Assembly: GCA_013214705.1 (NCBI GenBank)
Contig: JABSRZ010000006.1
Location: forward strand, 391 to 64,390
Direction: 5' to 3'
DNA: 64,000 bases
Source of the DNA: Hyphomicrobiales bacterium
Lineage (GTDB): Bacteria; Pseudomonadota; Alphaproteobacteria; Rhizobiales; OSC116
Both the position numbers and the translations under genes were made by a program. This document shows, piece by piece, positions 18,487 to 26,730 of the stretch (the first letter of the stretch is position 1; each line of letters begins with the position of its first letter). A model generated the notes under the pieces. The model was not told the origin of the DNA. It worked only from the letters and a program-made list of their open reading frames with translations, and did not search any database.

Positions 18487-18589
18487 TGTTTGAATGGGGT
18501 TTTCAATTTCAATTTTGTCGTTTTGGATAATATTTCGATTACCCCAACGGTCTAGCTAGAAAGGGTCGATAAAGTTTTACCACGCCCCA
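18487..18589. repeat. 103-bp dispersed repeat, copy A
   Basis: TGTTTGAATGGGGTTT..CGATTACCCCAACGGTCTAG..GTTTTACC.CGCCCC. About 87 of 103 hand-aligned positions are identical to 25904-26007, same orientation. Confidence 0.8.
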
Positions 18590-18610
18590 CTTCATCATAT
18601 TATCGAGAAA

Positions 18611-18915
18611 TTTCCCTTTCGAATTAAAGAAATTCGATCTGACAATGGACATGAATTCCAAGCCAAATTCCATTGGTGTGTTGAAGACTTGGGAATACGG
18701 CATGCCTATATAAAAAGGGTTCGCCGCAATTAAATGGAAAATTAGAAAGATCTCATCAATCTGATCAACGAGAATTCTATCAATTGCTGAGCTATAAAGG
18801 TGACGTAGATCTTGTTACAAAATTAGATGAAAGGGAGACGTTTTACAACTTCCACAGGCCTCTTGGGCCACACAACGGGAAAACCCCTTATGAAGTGTTG
18901 AGAGATAGGCTATGA
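18611..18915 (+). pseudogene. IS481-family DDE transposase remnant (C-terminal third, with in-frame stops)
   Basis: Translation FPFRIKEIRSDNGHEFQAKFHWCVEDLGIRHAYIK.. and ..ETFYNFHRPLGPHNGKTPYEVLRDRL* shows the DNG/rve core and YN..RPH tail. It is interrupted by stops and the N-terminal two-thirds are missing. Confidence 0.7.
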
Positions 18916-19043
18916 TGAAGTTGAAAGTGTTTTGCTAGGGCGTCCAGTTTACAGTTCTAGCACCAGTCCCCAAATCTCATCTAATTAAAAGTGTTTTGGA
19001 AATGCTCGCCTACCGGATTTTCATCTGTATTTATATTTGGCCG

Positions 19044-22000
19044 CTATACCAGATCATAATAATAGTTTTGGCTCAGCCAGGTATCATATTCAGCACTGGT
19101 TATGTCGGTTATATGCCCCAAATCATGCAAATCCGCCACATCTACAGTGGTGGCGGGGGCATTGTTGAATATTAACAATTCGACTGAGTTAAGTAAGTCG
19201 GTATTGCTAGCACCAGACGCGGTGTGAATGATTTGTAAATTATCGCCTTCGGTTTTAAATGAATAGTCGCCAATATCACCTGCTTCGGTGAAGGTGTCTA
19301 TGCCATCATCTAGTTGCACAATATCCACTCCAGATGTGGCGGTTTTAGAATCGGCACTAGCTGTACCAGATATTATGTTGGTAACTGACATGAGTATAGA
19401 AATATTGGTTGTGGTTGCAACACCAGCAGTTGATGTAGATGTCACACTAAGGGTGAATTGATGAGTGCCAGAATAATTGGAGTCAAAGGTAATTTTCAGG
19501 CCTGCCAATTGGGCTTGGGTGAATGTCCAACTACCATCATTATTATCCGTGCCTTGGTTAAATGTGGCTTCATCGGGCACGCCAGAAACAGTTACATCGC
19601 TTAACGTATCGGATTGATGATTTACATGGAGCGAGCTATGGATATTAAAGAGATTGGTTTCACCATCATTGTAAGTCAGCGCTTCAATTGGCTTATATAT
19701 TTGGGCTTTGATGCCTGTAGAACTACTATCGTCTACACCATCATAAGAATACCAGGTAATGACAAAACCGCCGTCATTTAAGGATGTGATAGATGGATAT
19801 CTTTGATGAGAATTTGTCTGGCTATTCACCAAAAACTCATCACCAATCGCATTTCCATTTTCATCATATATTTGAGCTTTGATGCCATAGTCACTGGTGT
19901 CATCAACGCCGTCCTTAGAACCCCAAGTTATGACAAATCCACCATCTGATAACGCGGTAATAGACGGGTTAAGTTGAGAAAAATTCAATTGGCTGTTAAC
20001 CAAAAATTCGTCACCAATTGAATTACCTTCTTTATCAAATATTTGGGCTTTTACACCAAAGCCATGGGCATCACCTACCGTGTCATGGGATGTCCAAGAT
20101 ATGACAAACCCACCTTGGTTTAACGCCGTTACAGTAGAATCGGTTCGAGCCAGGCTTAGGTGGTCGTTGACTAAAAACTCATCACCTAAAACATTACCAT
20201 TAGAATCATATATTTGCGCGGTGATGTTATAATAAATTTTGGTGCCTACAACATGTTCTGAAACCCAGTCGATAACAAAGCCGCCCTCATTCAATCCGGT
20301 AATAGATGGTGTGGAATAAGTAAGAGATTGGGGTCTTAGAGAATCATATACTTGGTTCTCGATTAGGAACTCATCACCAACCTCGTTGCCGGTCTTATCA
20401 TATATTTGGGCTTTAATGCTTGTGCTATCTGTGTCATTTACATCTAAGTTAGAATACCATGTGATGATAAACCCACCATTACTTAAAGCACTGATAGCTG
20501 GTTTAGATTGGCTGCCATCGGTCTGGCTGTTGACTAAGAATTCAACACCAATAGCGTTTCCTGTCTCATCAAATATTTGGGCTTTAATGGCGTAACTACT
20601 ATTGTCATCTACCCCATCGTGAGATTGCCAGGCAATCACAAAACCCCCGTTATTTAGAGCGGAAATAGTTGGGTATATTTGTGCATGATAGGTCTGAGTG
20701 TTGACCAGAAATTCATCACCGATTGTGTCTCCAGCCTCATTATATATTTGGGCTTTAATGCCATACCCGCTCGCATCATCAACTTTATCTTCAGAAGCCC
20801 ATGTTATGATGAAACCACCGTCGTTTAAAGTCGTTATTGATGAGTCTCGTTGTGACCTATTTGTCTGACTATTGACTAAGAATTCAGAGCCAGATGTACT
20901 GTATGGGACTAATTGCAAAATTGGCTCTTCAATATCAGTTACTGTTATATTAGCATCACGGGTTGTCGTTGCATCTACAGCGCTGACAGTGATATCATAA
21001 ATATTGTCTGCGCCAACATCTAGCGGGGTTTCAAAATCCGGCGCTGTTTTAAACGTAACTCTGCCTGCTGTGTCGATATCGAATAGAGCGGCATCATCGC
21101 CCGTTAGTGTATAGTTAATGTCATCGCCATCTAAATCGGATGCTGCCACAGTTGCGACATCTGTTTGGTTCTCGGCAACCGACACTACCAAGGGGTCCGC
21201 GCTGGCAAATTCTGGCGCATGGTTTATATCGGTAATTTCAATAGGAACACTAACTTGGCTACCTCTTACAATATTATTCACATCGGTAGATATGACGCTA
21301 AGGGTTAGCTGATGAATGCCAGAATAATCGGCAGCAAAACTAATCTGTAGGCCAGATAATTGGGCTTGGCTGAATGTCCAACTGGCATCATTGTTATTTG
21401 TTCCTTGGTTAAATGTCGCCTCATCTGGCACGCCAGATATAGTTACATCGCCTAATGTATCGGTCGGGTGGTTGGCATGCAGTTGGGCATTAATTTTAAA
21501 ATCATGGGTTTCGCCATCATTGTAATAAACAGTTTCCGTTGATGGCTGATATATTTGAGCTTCGATGCTGGTGCTGTTTACGCCATCTATTATTTCTTCA
21601 GAAGTCAAAATGCTAACATAACCACCATTGTTTAATTCTGTTTCAATTGGGTTGGTTAGATAATTATCTGGCTGGTCATCGACCACGATGCTTTCACCCA
21701 CAGCCGTTCCAGCTTCATCATAGATTTGAGATTTAAGATCGGTGGGTTGATAGGAGCTATCAAATGACTGCCAAGTGATGACAAAACCACCATCGTCTGA
21801 AGCAGCAATAGATGAAACAGACTGAGAAGTTTCTGTTTCAGTATCGATGAGGAATTCAACACCAATTTTTGTTTTATCCGCATTATATATTTGGGCTTTA
21901 ATGCCGTAGGTCTCTGTGCCCTCAGTATATTCATAAGCCATCCAAACTATTACAAAACTACCATTATCTAGGGTAACCATTGATGGGAACATTTGAATGT

Positions 22001-23879
22001 CATCGGACGCATCGTTGGCAAAAAATTTGCCGCCATTTGTGGTTCCATCTGCATTAAACATTTGGAGTTTGATTTTTTCTCCATTTGGGGTTGCAACTGG
22101 GTCATAAGAAAGCCAAGAAATTACAAACCCACCATCATTTAAGGCGATAATAGACGGGTCAGTCTGATAATAATTTCCCTCGTCATTAACAATGAATTCA
22201 TTGCCAATTGTTGTACCATCGGCAGCGTATATTTGGGCTTTGATGGCATTTGGTGTGCCGGAACCACCACCTTCATTTGTATCCCAAGTAATTACAAAAT
22301 TACCATCTTTTAAGGCTGTGGTAGATAGGTTAAATAGGAAGACAATTTCTTCGCTGTTAACTTGGAATTCATCGCCAATTGGCAAAAAGTCATCTTGCAA
22401 TAATTCTATTATGGGTTCGCCATAATTAGCAACCGTTACATCAACGTCGCGGCTGGTGGTTGTGCTGGCATCTGCCGCATTTATGGTAATATTATATATA
22501 TTGTCTGTGCCATTATCTTGCGCAGTTTCAAAATCTGGTGCGGTTTTAAAAACCACCTTACCGTCTGTATCGATATCAAAAAGGGCAGCATCAATGCCGG
22601 TTAATGTGTAGGTTATGTCATCGCCATCTTGGTCGGAAGCGGCGATACTAGCAACAGAGGCGGTGTCCTCAGTAACATTGACTTCCAGTTTAGATGTAGA
22701 TGAAAATTTTGGGGCATCATTAACGTTAGTTACGCTGATAGTTACATTTTCAGTGGTAGATTTGCCATGTTCATCTTGGGCATTTACGGTGATGTCATAG
22801 ATATTGTCTGCACCGACATCGTGCTTGGATTCGAAATCTGGTGCGGCCTTAAAGCCTAAATTACCCGTCGCATCAATTTCAAACAATGCCGCGTCTATGC
22901 CTGTTAGCGTGTAGCTTACATCGCCTACAGCAGATTGGTCGGTTACGGCTGTTTGGCCAACACTCGAGCCGTTTTCGGCAATCGAAAAAGCTGTACTGCC
23001 GGTAAATGTCGGCAACACTTCATCGCCTTTGCTGTTTAATATGGTAATGTCGGTTGCAACTTGAATGTCATCTAAATCTAAATAACCAGTTACGGCTTTA
23101 ATGCTACCCGTGCCATTAATGGTTGTCACGCCAACAAGGTCAGCCTGATCGGCCAACAAAGTAACCCCTGCGTCTAACGTTAGGGTTTCTATATTTTGCA
23201 TAATGATCGACGATAAATCCACCTCTATGGGCGCGCCACCATCATTGGTGATGGTGATAGATGTTGTGCCATCACCCTGAAAATGAGTGAGAGTTCCGCC
23301 ATCGATAAGTGTAGAAATTGTAGAGGCTGAAATAAAAACATTGCTATGCACATCGATAATGGTGATGTTTATAAGCGTAACGCCCGTAAAATCAACATTG
23401 CCATAAACAAAAAGTATCGCCCCATCTGCGCCACCATCTATAATTTCGCCAGGCTCTACATCGCTAATGTCGTTATTATTTAAATCATCAATATCAATTA
23501 AGCTCGATAAATCAATGCCCGTGCCATTGGGGTTGGTTAAATCGCTTAGGGTGTATCCGGCATCATCGGTAACACCGATTAAGACTATTTTATCTACGCC
23601 GCCACCACCTTTGATATTGTCTGCGCCTGCGCCGCCCCGTATTAAGTCGGCTAGCGCGCCGCCAACAACCACATCATCGCCATCGCCTAGGTCAACAGTG
23701 CCTGCATTACCGGTGACCCCTAAGGTGATAGTGTCATCTCCTGAGGTGGCATCGCCAGATACATCGCCAATGGAAACAAGTTTATTAGCATCGGTGCGGC
23801 AAGCGGCAAGAAGAGCCATCATAGACACTAATATGAAATATTTGGATTTATGGTTTTGATTAAGTTTTTTTGATTTCAT
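19044..23879 (-). CDS. Giant (1611 aa) surface lipoprotein/adhesin
   Basis: Uninterrupted 4.8-kb ORF. Signal peptide with LLAAC (Cys27). GGAGADNIKGGGGVD (aa 73-96). Cadherin-like units ending NVNDAPKF / ANYGEP / TDINHAPEF / TDIEEP. Repeat blocks at aa 498-778 (5 copies) and 985-1396 (7 copies). Confidence 0.9.
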   Translation of the reverse strand: MKSKKLNQNHKSKYFILVSMMALLAACRTDANKLVSIGDVSGDATSGDDTITLGVTGNAGTVDLGDGDDVVVGGALADLIRGGAGADNIKGGGGVDKIVLIGVTDDAGYTLSDLTNPNGTGIDLSSLIDIDDLNNNDISDVEPGEIIDGGADGAILFVYGNVDFTGVTLINITIIDVHSNVFISASTISTLIDGGTLTHFQGDGTTSITITNDGGAPIEVDLSSIIMQNIETLTLDAGVTLLADQADLVGVTTINGTGSIKAVTGYLDLDDIQVATDITILNSKGDEVLPTFTGSTAFSIAENGSSVGQTAVTDQSAVGDVSYTLTGIDAALFEIDATGNLGFKAAPDFESKHDVGADNIYDITVNAQDEHGKSTTENVTISVTNVNDAPKFSSTSKLEVNVTEDTASVASIAASDQDGDDITYTLTGIDAALFDIDTDGKVVFKTAPDFETAQDNGTDNIYNITINAADASTTTSRDVDVTVANYGEPIIELLQDDFLPIGDEFQVNSEEIVFLFNLSTTALKDGNFVITWDTNEGGGSGTPNAIKAQIYAADGTTIGNEFIVNDEGNYYQTDPSIIALNDGGFVISWLSYDPVATPNGEKIKLQMFNADGTTNGGKFFANDASDDIQMFPSMVTLDNGSFVIVWMAYEYTEGTETYGIKAQIYNADKTKIGVEFLIDTETETSQSVSSIAASDDGGFVITWQSFDSSYQPTDLKSQIYDEAGTAVGESIVVDDQPDNYLTNPIETELNNGGYVSILTSEEIIDGVNSTSIEAQIYQPSTETVYYNDGETHDFKINAQLHANHPTDTLGDVTISGVPDEATFNQGTNNNDASWTFSQAQLSGLQISFAADYSGIHQLTLSVISTDVNNIVRGSQVSVPIEITDINHAPEFASADPLVVSVAENQTDVATVAASDLDGDDINYTLTGDDAALFDIDTAGRVTFKTAPDFETPLDVGADNIYDITVSAVDATTTRDANITVTDIEEPILQLVPYSTSGSEFLVNSQTNRSQRDSSITTLNDGGFIITWASEDKVDDASGYGIKAQIYNEAGDTIGDEFLVNTQTYHAQIYPTISALNNGGFVIAWQSHDGVDDNSSYAIKAQIFDETGNAIGVEFLVNSQTDGSQSKPAISALSNGGFIITWYSNLDVNDTDSTSIKAQIYDKTGNEVGDEFLIENQVYDSLRPQSLTYSTPSITGLNEGGFVIDWVSEHVVGTKIYYNITAQIYDSNGNVLGDEFLVNDHLSLARTDSTVTALNQGGFVISWTSHDTVGDAHGFGVKAQIFDKEGNSIGDEFLVNSQLNFSQLNPSITALSDGGFVITWGSKDGVDDTSDYGIKAQIYDENGNAIGDEFLVNSQTNSHQRYPSITSLNDGGFVITWYSYDGVDDSSSTGIKAQIYKPIEALTYNDGETNLFNIHSSLHVNHQSDTLSDVTVSGVPDEATFNQGTDNNDGSWTFTQAQLAGLKITFDSNYSGTHQFTLSVTSTSTAGVATTTNISILMSVTNIISGTASADSKTATSGVDIVQLDDGIDTFTEAGDIGDYSFKTEGDNLQIIHTASGASNTDLLNSVELLIFNNAPATTVDVADLHDLGHITDITSAEYDTWLSQNYYYDLV

Positions 23880-23940
23880 TTTACCAGCGATTAATTGCTT
23901 AAAGATAAATGAAATCTACAAATTATATTGTATAATATGT

Positions 23941-23958
23941 ATAGGGAAGACTCCCTAT
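23941..23958 (-). terminator. Stem-loop between the regulator and adhesin genes (weak terminator or operator)
   Basis: ATAGGGA-AGAC-TCCCTAT perfect 7-bp stem, 17 nt after the regulator stop. No U-tract. Confidence 0.3.
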
Positions 23959-23974
23959 ATTGTTGTGAAATTTT

Positions 23975-25504
23975 TTATTCCATCACAATGCCGTGCTCAA
24001 GTGCAAATAGGGTCAATGCTGGCCGCGCCCTGACACCGGTTTTATTATAAATGCTCTGAATATGATGATCGGCAGTTTTGGGCGATATGTGCAAACTCTC
24101 GGCGATTTGCGCTGTAGTTTCGGATTTCATCAGACCTGATAATACTTGAGATTCTCGCCTGGTTATGCCGAATGGTAAGGCTTGGCTGGCAAGCCGCACG
24201 TTATGCCCTGCTGCTTGCAAAACAGCCGTAACCGCGGTTGGCAGGAATTTTTTATCGGTGGCTGCTTTGGTTAGTATTTCAGTTGCTTTTTCTGGCGTAT
24301 AGGCTTTGCGCGCCGGTGTTGAGTGAGTTAATTCATCATATTCATTGGCAGCGGCTAAAATATTGCATGCTAGATCAGACATAGTCTGCCCTCGGTGATA
24401 ACCACTGCCATCCGCGCGCTCCTGCACGGCAGATGAAAGCGAGGAAAATTGGTTAAACGGCTTGCCATGAGAGAGTATATATTCGGTTTGGTAGGTGTGG
24501 CCTTGCATTTCTAGCAATTCAGAACCGCTTAACTCAGTTGCTTTGTTCCATATCCTGTTGGAAATTGCACATTTTCCGATGTCATGTACAAGGGCCGCCA
24601 GGCGTAAATTATCGATTTTATCGGCAGGTAGATTTGCTATTTGTGCGGCGGCCGATGTCAAGCTAGAGACGCGCCGTGAATGGCTTTGAAAATGGGTTGA
24701 TTTATGGTCTATCATATCGGCACCAACTTCGGACAACGTTTGGCGACAAGTTGGGGTCATTTTAATCGGTTCACCCGGTTCGGCGGCTATATAGGTTTCA
24801 AATTCTGGTGTCACGCTTGCTATTTTAAATATTTCATCGGCATGTTGTAGAAATATTGCCCCAATATTAGGGTCCAACTCGTGGCCAAGTTTAGCTTTGA
24901 TGACTTCTTTGGCTCTCGTATTGGTGTCTAAGCGGCGCACAAGTTCCGCCATTTCACTCACCCGAACCAAGCGCGAAAGGTAGGGTACATCTTCGCCACC
25001 AAAAGGCAATATCTTGCCATCATAGCGGGCATAATAATAAGGAATGGCGTGCAGAACAGCCTCAGAGACAGGCAGGCGCTTGGCCAAAAGATATGCCTGC
25101 TCGCAATGGGCGGCGGTAAAATCTGGCGCTGCGTCGGGTAAAATATCGCAAATAAAATCAAACGCTTTGTCGCGTGTCTCGGTGTCGTCATCTAACGCTA
25201 CGAAACGATCTAAATGGTTTTTTAAATCCTGTTTATCGGCCCAATCACCTAGCATTGTGGCAACTGCAAAACCTTGATCGTCGCCTATCGCCATCAAACT
25301 AGTTTCGTTGCTGGTAATGGTGCAGCCAATAAACCTAACAGAGGCTAAATAAAAAGCATCCTTTTGCTGTTCGACATTTAACCCAAGTTTTTTAGCCAAT
25401 TCTACAGCAACAATTGCGGCGGTTAAGCCTGAGCCCTTTGGCCGGCCCGTCGCAATATCAGCAGCGATTGCAAGGGTTGCAAGACCTTCGGTGATATTTG
25501 CCAT
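23975..25504 (-). CDS. Tandem HD-domain (degenerate HD-GYP-like) protein fused to a LuxR/GerE HTH
   Basis: C-terminal HTH TRRESQVLSGLMKSETTAQIAESLHISPKTADHHIQSIYNKTG. Central HSRRV .. AALVHDIGK .. GHTYQTEYIL .. QERADGSGYHRG follows the HD-GYP pattern, but with VQE for HHE and GYH for GYP. The N-terminal half looks like a further degenerate HD-type domain. Confidence 0.8.
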   Translation of the reverse strand: MANITEGLATLAIAADIATGRPKGSGLTAAIVAVELAKKLGLNVEQQKDAFYLASVRFIGCTITSNETSLMAIGDDQGFAVATMLGDWADKQDLKNHLDRFVALDDDTETRDKAFDFICDILPDAAPDFTAAHCEQAYLLAKRLPVSEAVLHAIPYYYARYDGKILPFGGEDVPYLSRLVRVSEMAELVRRLDTNTRAKEVIKAKLGHELDPNIGAIFLQHADEIFKIASVTPEFETYIAAEPGEPIKMTPTCRQTLSEVGADMIDHKSTHFQSHSRRVSSLTSAAAQIANLPADKIDNLRLAALVHDIGKCAISNRIWNKATELSGSELLEMQGHTYQTEYILSHGKPFNQFSSLSSAVQERADGSGYHRGQTMSDLACNILAAANEYDELTHSTPARKAYTPEKATEILTKAATDKKFLPTAVTAVLQAAGHNVRLASQALPFGITRRESQVLSGLMKSETTAQIAESLHISPKTADHHIQSIYNKTGVRARPALTLFALEHGIVME

Positions 25505-25721
25505 ATTTAATCCGCATTTATTTTACAAACAATTGAAATAGTTACTAATATCAATACTCTACGATATTGTTTGCACGCTATCATATGAAAAATTGATAGT
25601 CAAAAATTTTTTTTAACGTTAATATGATAATAATTGCCGTTATGCGTGCGTATTTGTCAGAGTTCTTAGTTTTATCAAATGATCTGTCCGTCTTCGAATA
25701 AACTGTAACTATTTTATTTTG

Positions 25722-25773
25722 TTGGTGCACCAAACGAAATTCGAACTCATGACCTCTGCCTTCGGAGGGCAGA
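25722..25773 (-). pseudogene. 3' half of a tRNA-Arg(CCG) gene (anticodon arm to CCA), 5' half absent
   Basis: The reverse complement reads CTGCC-CTCCGAA-GGCAG (anticodon CCG), AGGTC, ATGAG-TTCGAAT-TTCGT (T-arm with two G.U pairs), TTGGTGC-A-CCA. No D-arm or 5' acceptor strand follows. Confidence 0.6.
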
Positions 25774-25860
25774 GAAAATTATTACGGAAAAAAAACGATA
25801 GGTATTTGTCAAGATAACTATGATTTGAATGTTGGAAGGATTACATCCTGCCATTTCAAT

Positions 25861-25892
25861 AATTCCTAATTCCTAATTCCTAATTCCTAATT
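25861..25892. repeat. Heptanucleotide microsatellite (AATTCCT)x4 plus a partial unit
   Basis: Read directly: aattcct aattcct aattcct aattcct aatt. Confidence 0.9.
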
Positions 25893-25903
25893 TATATTTT
25901 TAT

Positions 25904-26007
25904 TGTTTGAATGGGGTTTCCAATTTCTATTTCTCCGTTTTGGATTATGTTTCGATTACCCCAACGGTCTAGTGAGAAAGAGGCAAAAAGGTTTTACCCC
26001 CGCCCCC
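25904..26007. repeat. 103-bp dispersed repeat, copy B
   Basis: See copy A. It ends 4 nt from the truncated IS3 OrfB remnant. Confidence 0.8.
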
Positions 26008-26011
26008 CCTT

Positions 26012-26452
26012 TAACGGGTTGTCCGCCATGAATAATATTCAGACTTGGACAACTAATACAATTTACAAAGCCGCATAACAACCTTGCCTGTCTTCTGGGC
26101 ATCGATAGTCCTCTAATGCACTACTTTCGGCTAGCGAAGAAGGCGGCTGCTTTTGTTATGGTGTCACGCTCCTTGCGAATTATCTTGTTTTCTTTTAGTG
26201 CCTCAGTAATTCCAGTTTTAATTCAATGCCTAACGTGACGACATTATCAGACAAGTCTCGCTTTTGTTGGTATTCAGTCACCTATTTGAATATGGGTGAT
26301 TTACCAACAACTAAGTCTTTGGCCAGTTGGTGCTATGGTATATAGCCATTTCAAGCTAGCCGAATCGCCTCATCGCAGAATTCAATGGTAGAGTCCCTTT
26401 GGGTCATTATATTCCCTAAAAAATATGTTATATTTTTTGAAGAGCGTGTTCA
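26012..26452 (-). pseudogene. IS3-family element remnant (putative IRL, orfA with stops, first ~25 codons of orfB)
   Basis: Minus-strand translation gives FCDEAIRLA*NGYIP*HQLAKDLVVGKSPIFK* .. ELKLELLRH*KENKIIRKERDTITKAAAFFASRK*, an OrfA HTH and leucine-zipper/AAAFFA tail. The -1 frame gives VVMRLCKLY*LSKSEYYSWRTTR, an OrfB start. A TGAACACGC end at 26452 is IR-like. Confidence 0.65.
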
Positions 26453-26729
26453 CTTTTAGACGTTCATTTCTCACTCTAATTGGATAGATACCTTCGTGTA
26501 GACTTTTCTTACACTGAAGAGCTTCTGCCCTTGCTTTTGCTAGCGAGACTGTTTGAACTGAACCCAGCCCCATCTCACGTGATCTTTTATCGAGCATATA
26601 ACGGAATAACCAAGACTTGGTGCCTGACTTGCCAACTTGTAAATACAATCCGTTGCCATCAGCATAGCGACCTTTTACTCGTGCTGCTTTTACACCTCGA
26701 TCGGAGAGTTTATTAACTTGTCTTGCCAT
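26453..26729 (-). pseudogene. P4/CP4-57-type tyrosine integrase, N-terminal ~92 codons only
   Basis: MARQVNKLSDRGVKAARVKGRYADGNGLYLQVGKSGTKSWLFRYMLDKRSREMGLGSVQTVSLAKARAEA.. is the arm-binding (DUF4102-type) N-terminus. The reading frame then runs into IS3-derived sequence (ORF-track 26382-26729 is a chimera). The catalytic domain is absent. Confidence 0.75.
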
Positions 26730-26730
26730 A

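Noticed and set aside
18487-18589. 103-bp repeat as a Tn3-family terminal inverted repeat. Its minus-strand end reads GGGGCG(T/G)GGTAAAAC.
   Set aside because: The two copies are direct, not inverted. The inner end lacks the TAAG-type motif, and I found no inverted partner or Tn3-type transposase/resolvase by eye. I keep it only as an unclassified repeat.
19044-23879. Giant protein as a classical RTX toxin or T1SS substrate.
   Set aside because: The glycine-rich nonapeptide-like motifs are few and N-terminal. The protein has a lipobox signal peptide. The C-terminus (..SAEYDTWLSQNYYYDLV) does not resemble a T1SS signal region with preceding RTX repeats, and no T1SS genes are nearby.
25861-25892. 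Possible CRISPR-like array: the 7-nt AATTCCT run here, the 11-mer run at 14229-14261 and the 13-mer run at 29390-29419.
   Set aside because: The units are far too short, are contiguous with no spacers, and there are no cas genes in the window. These are simple tandem repeats.
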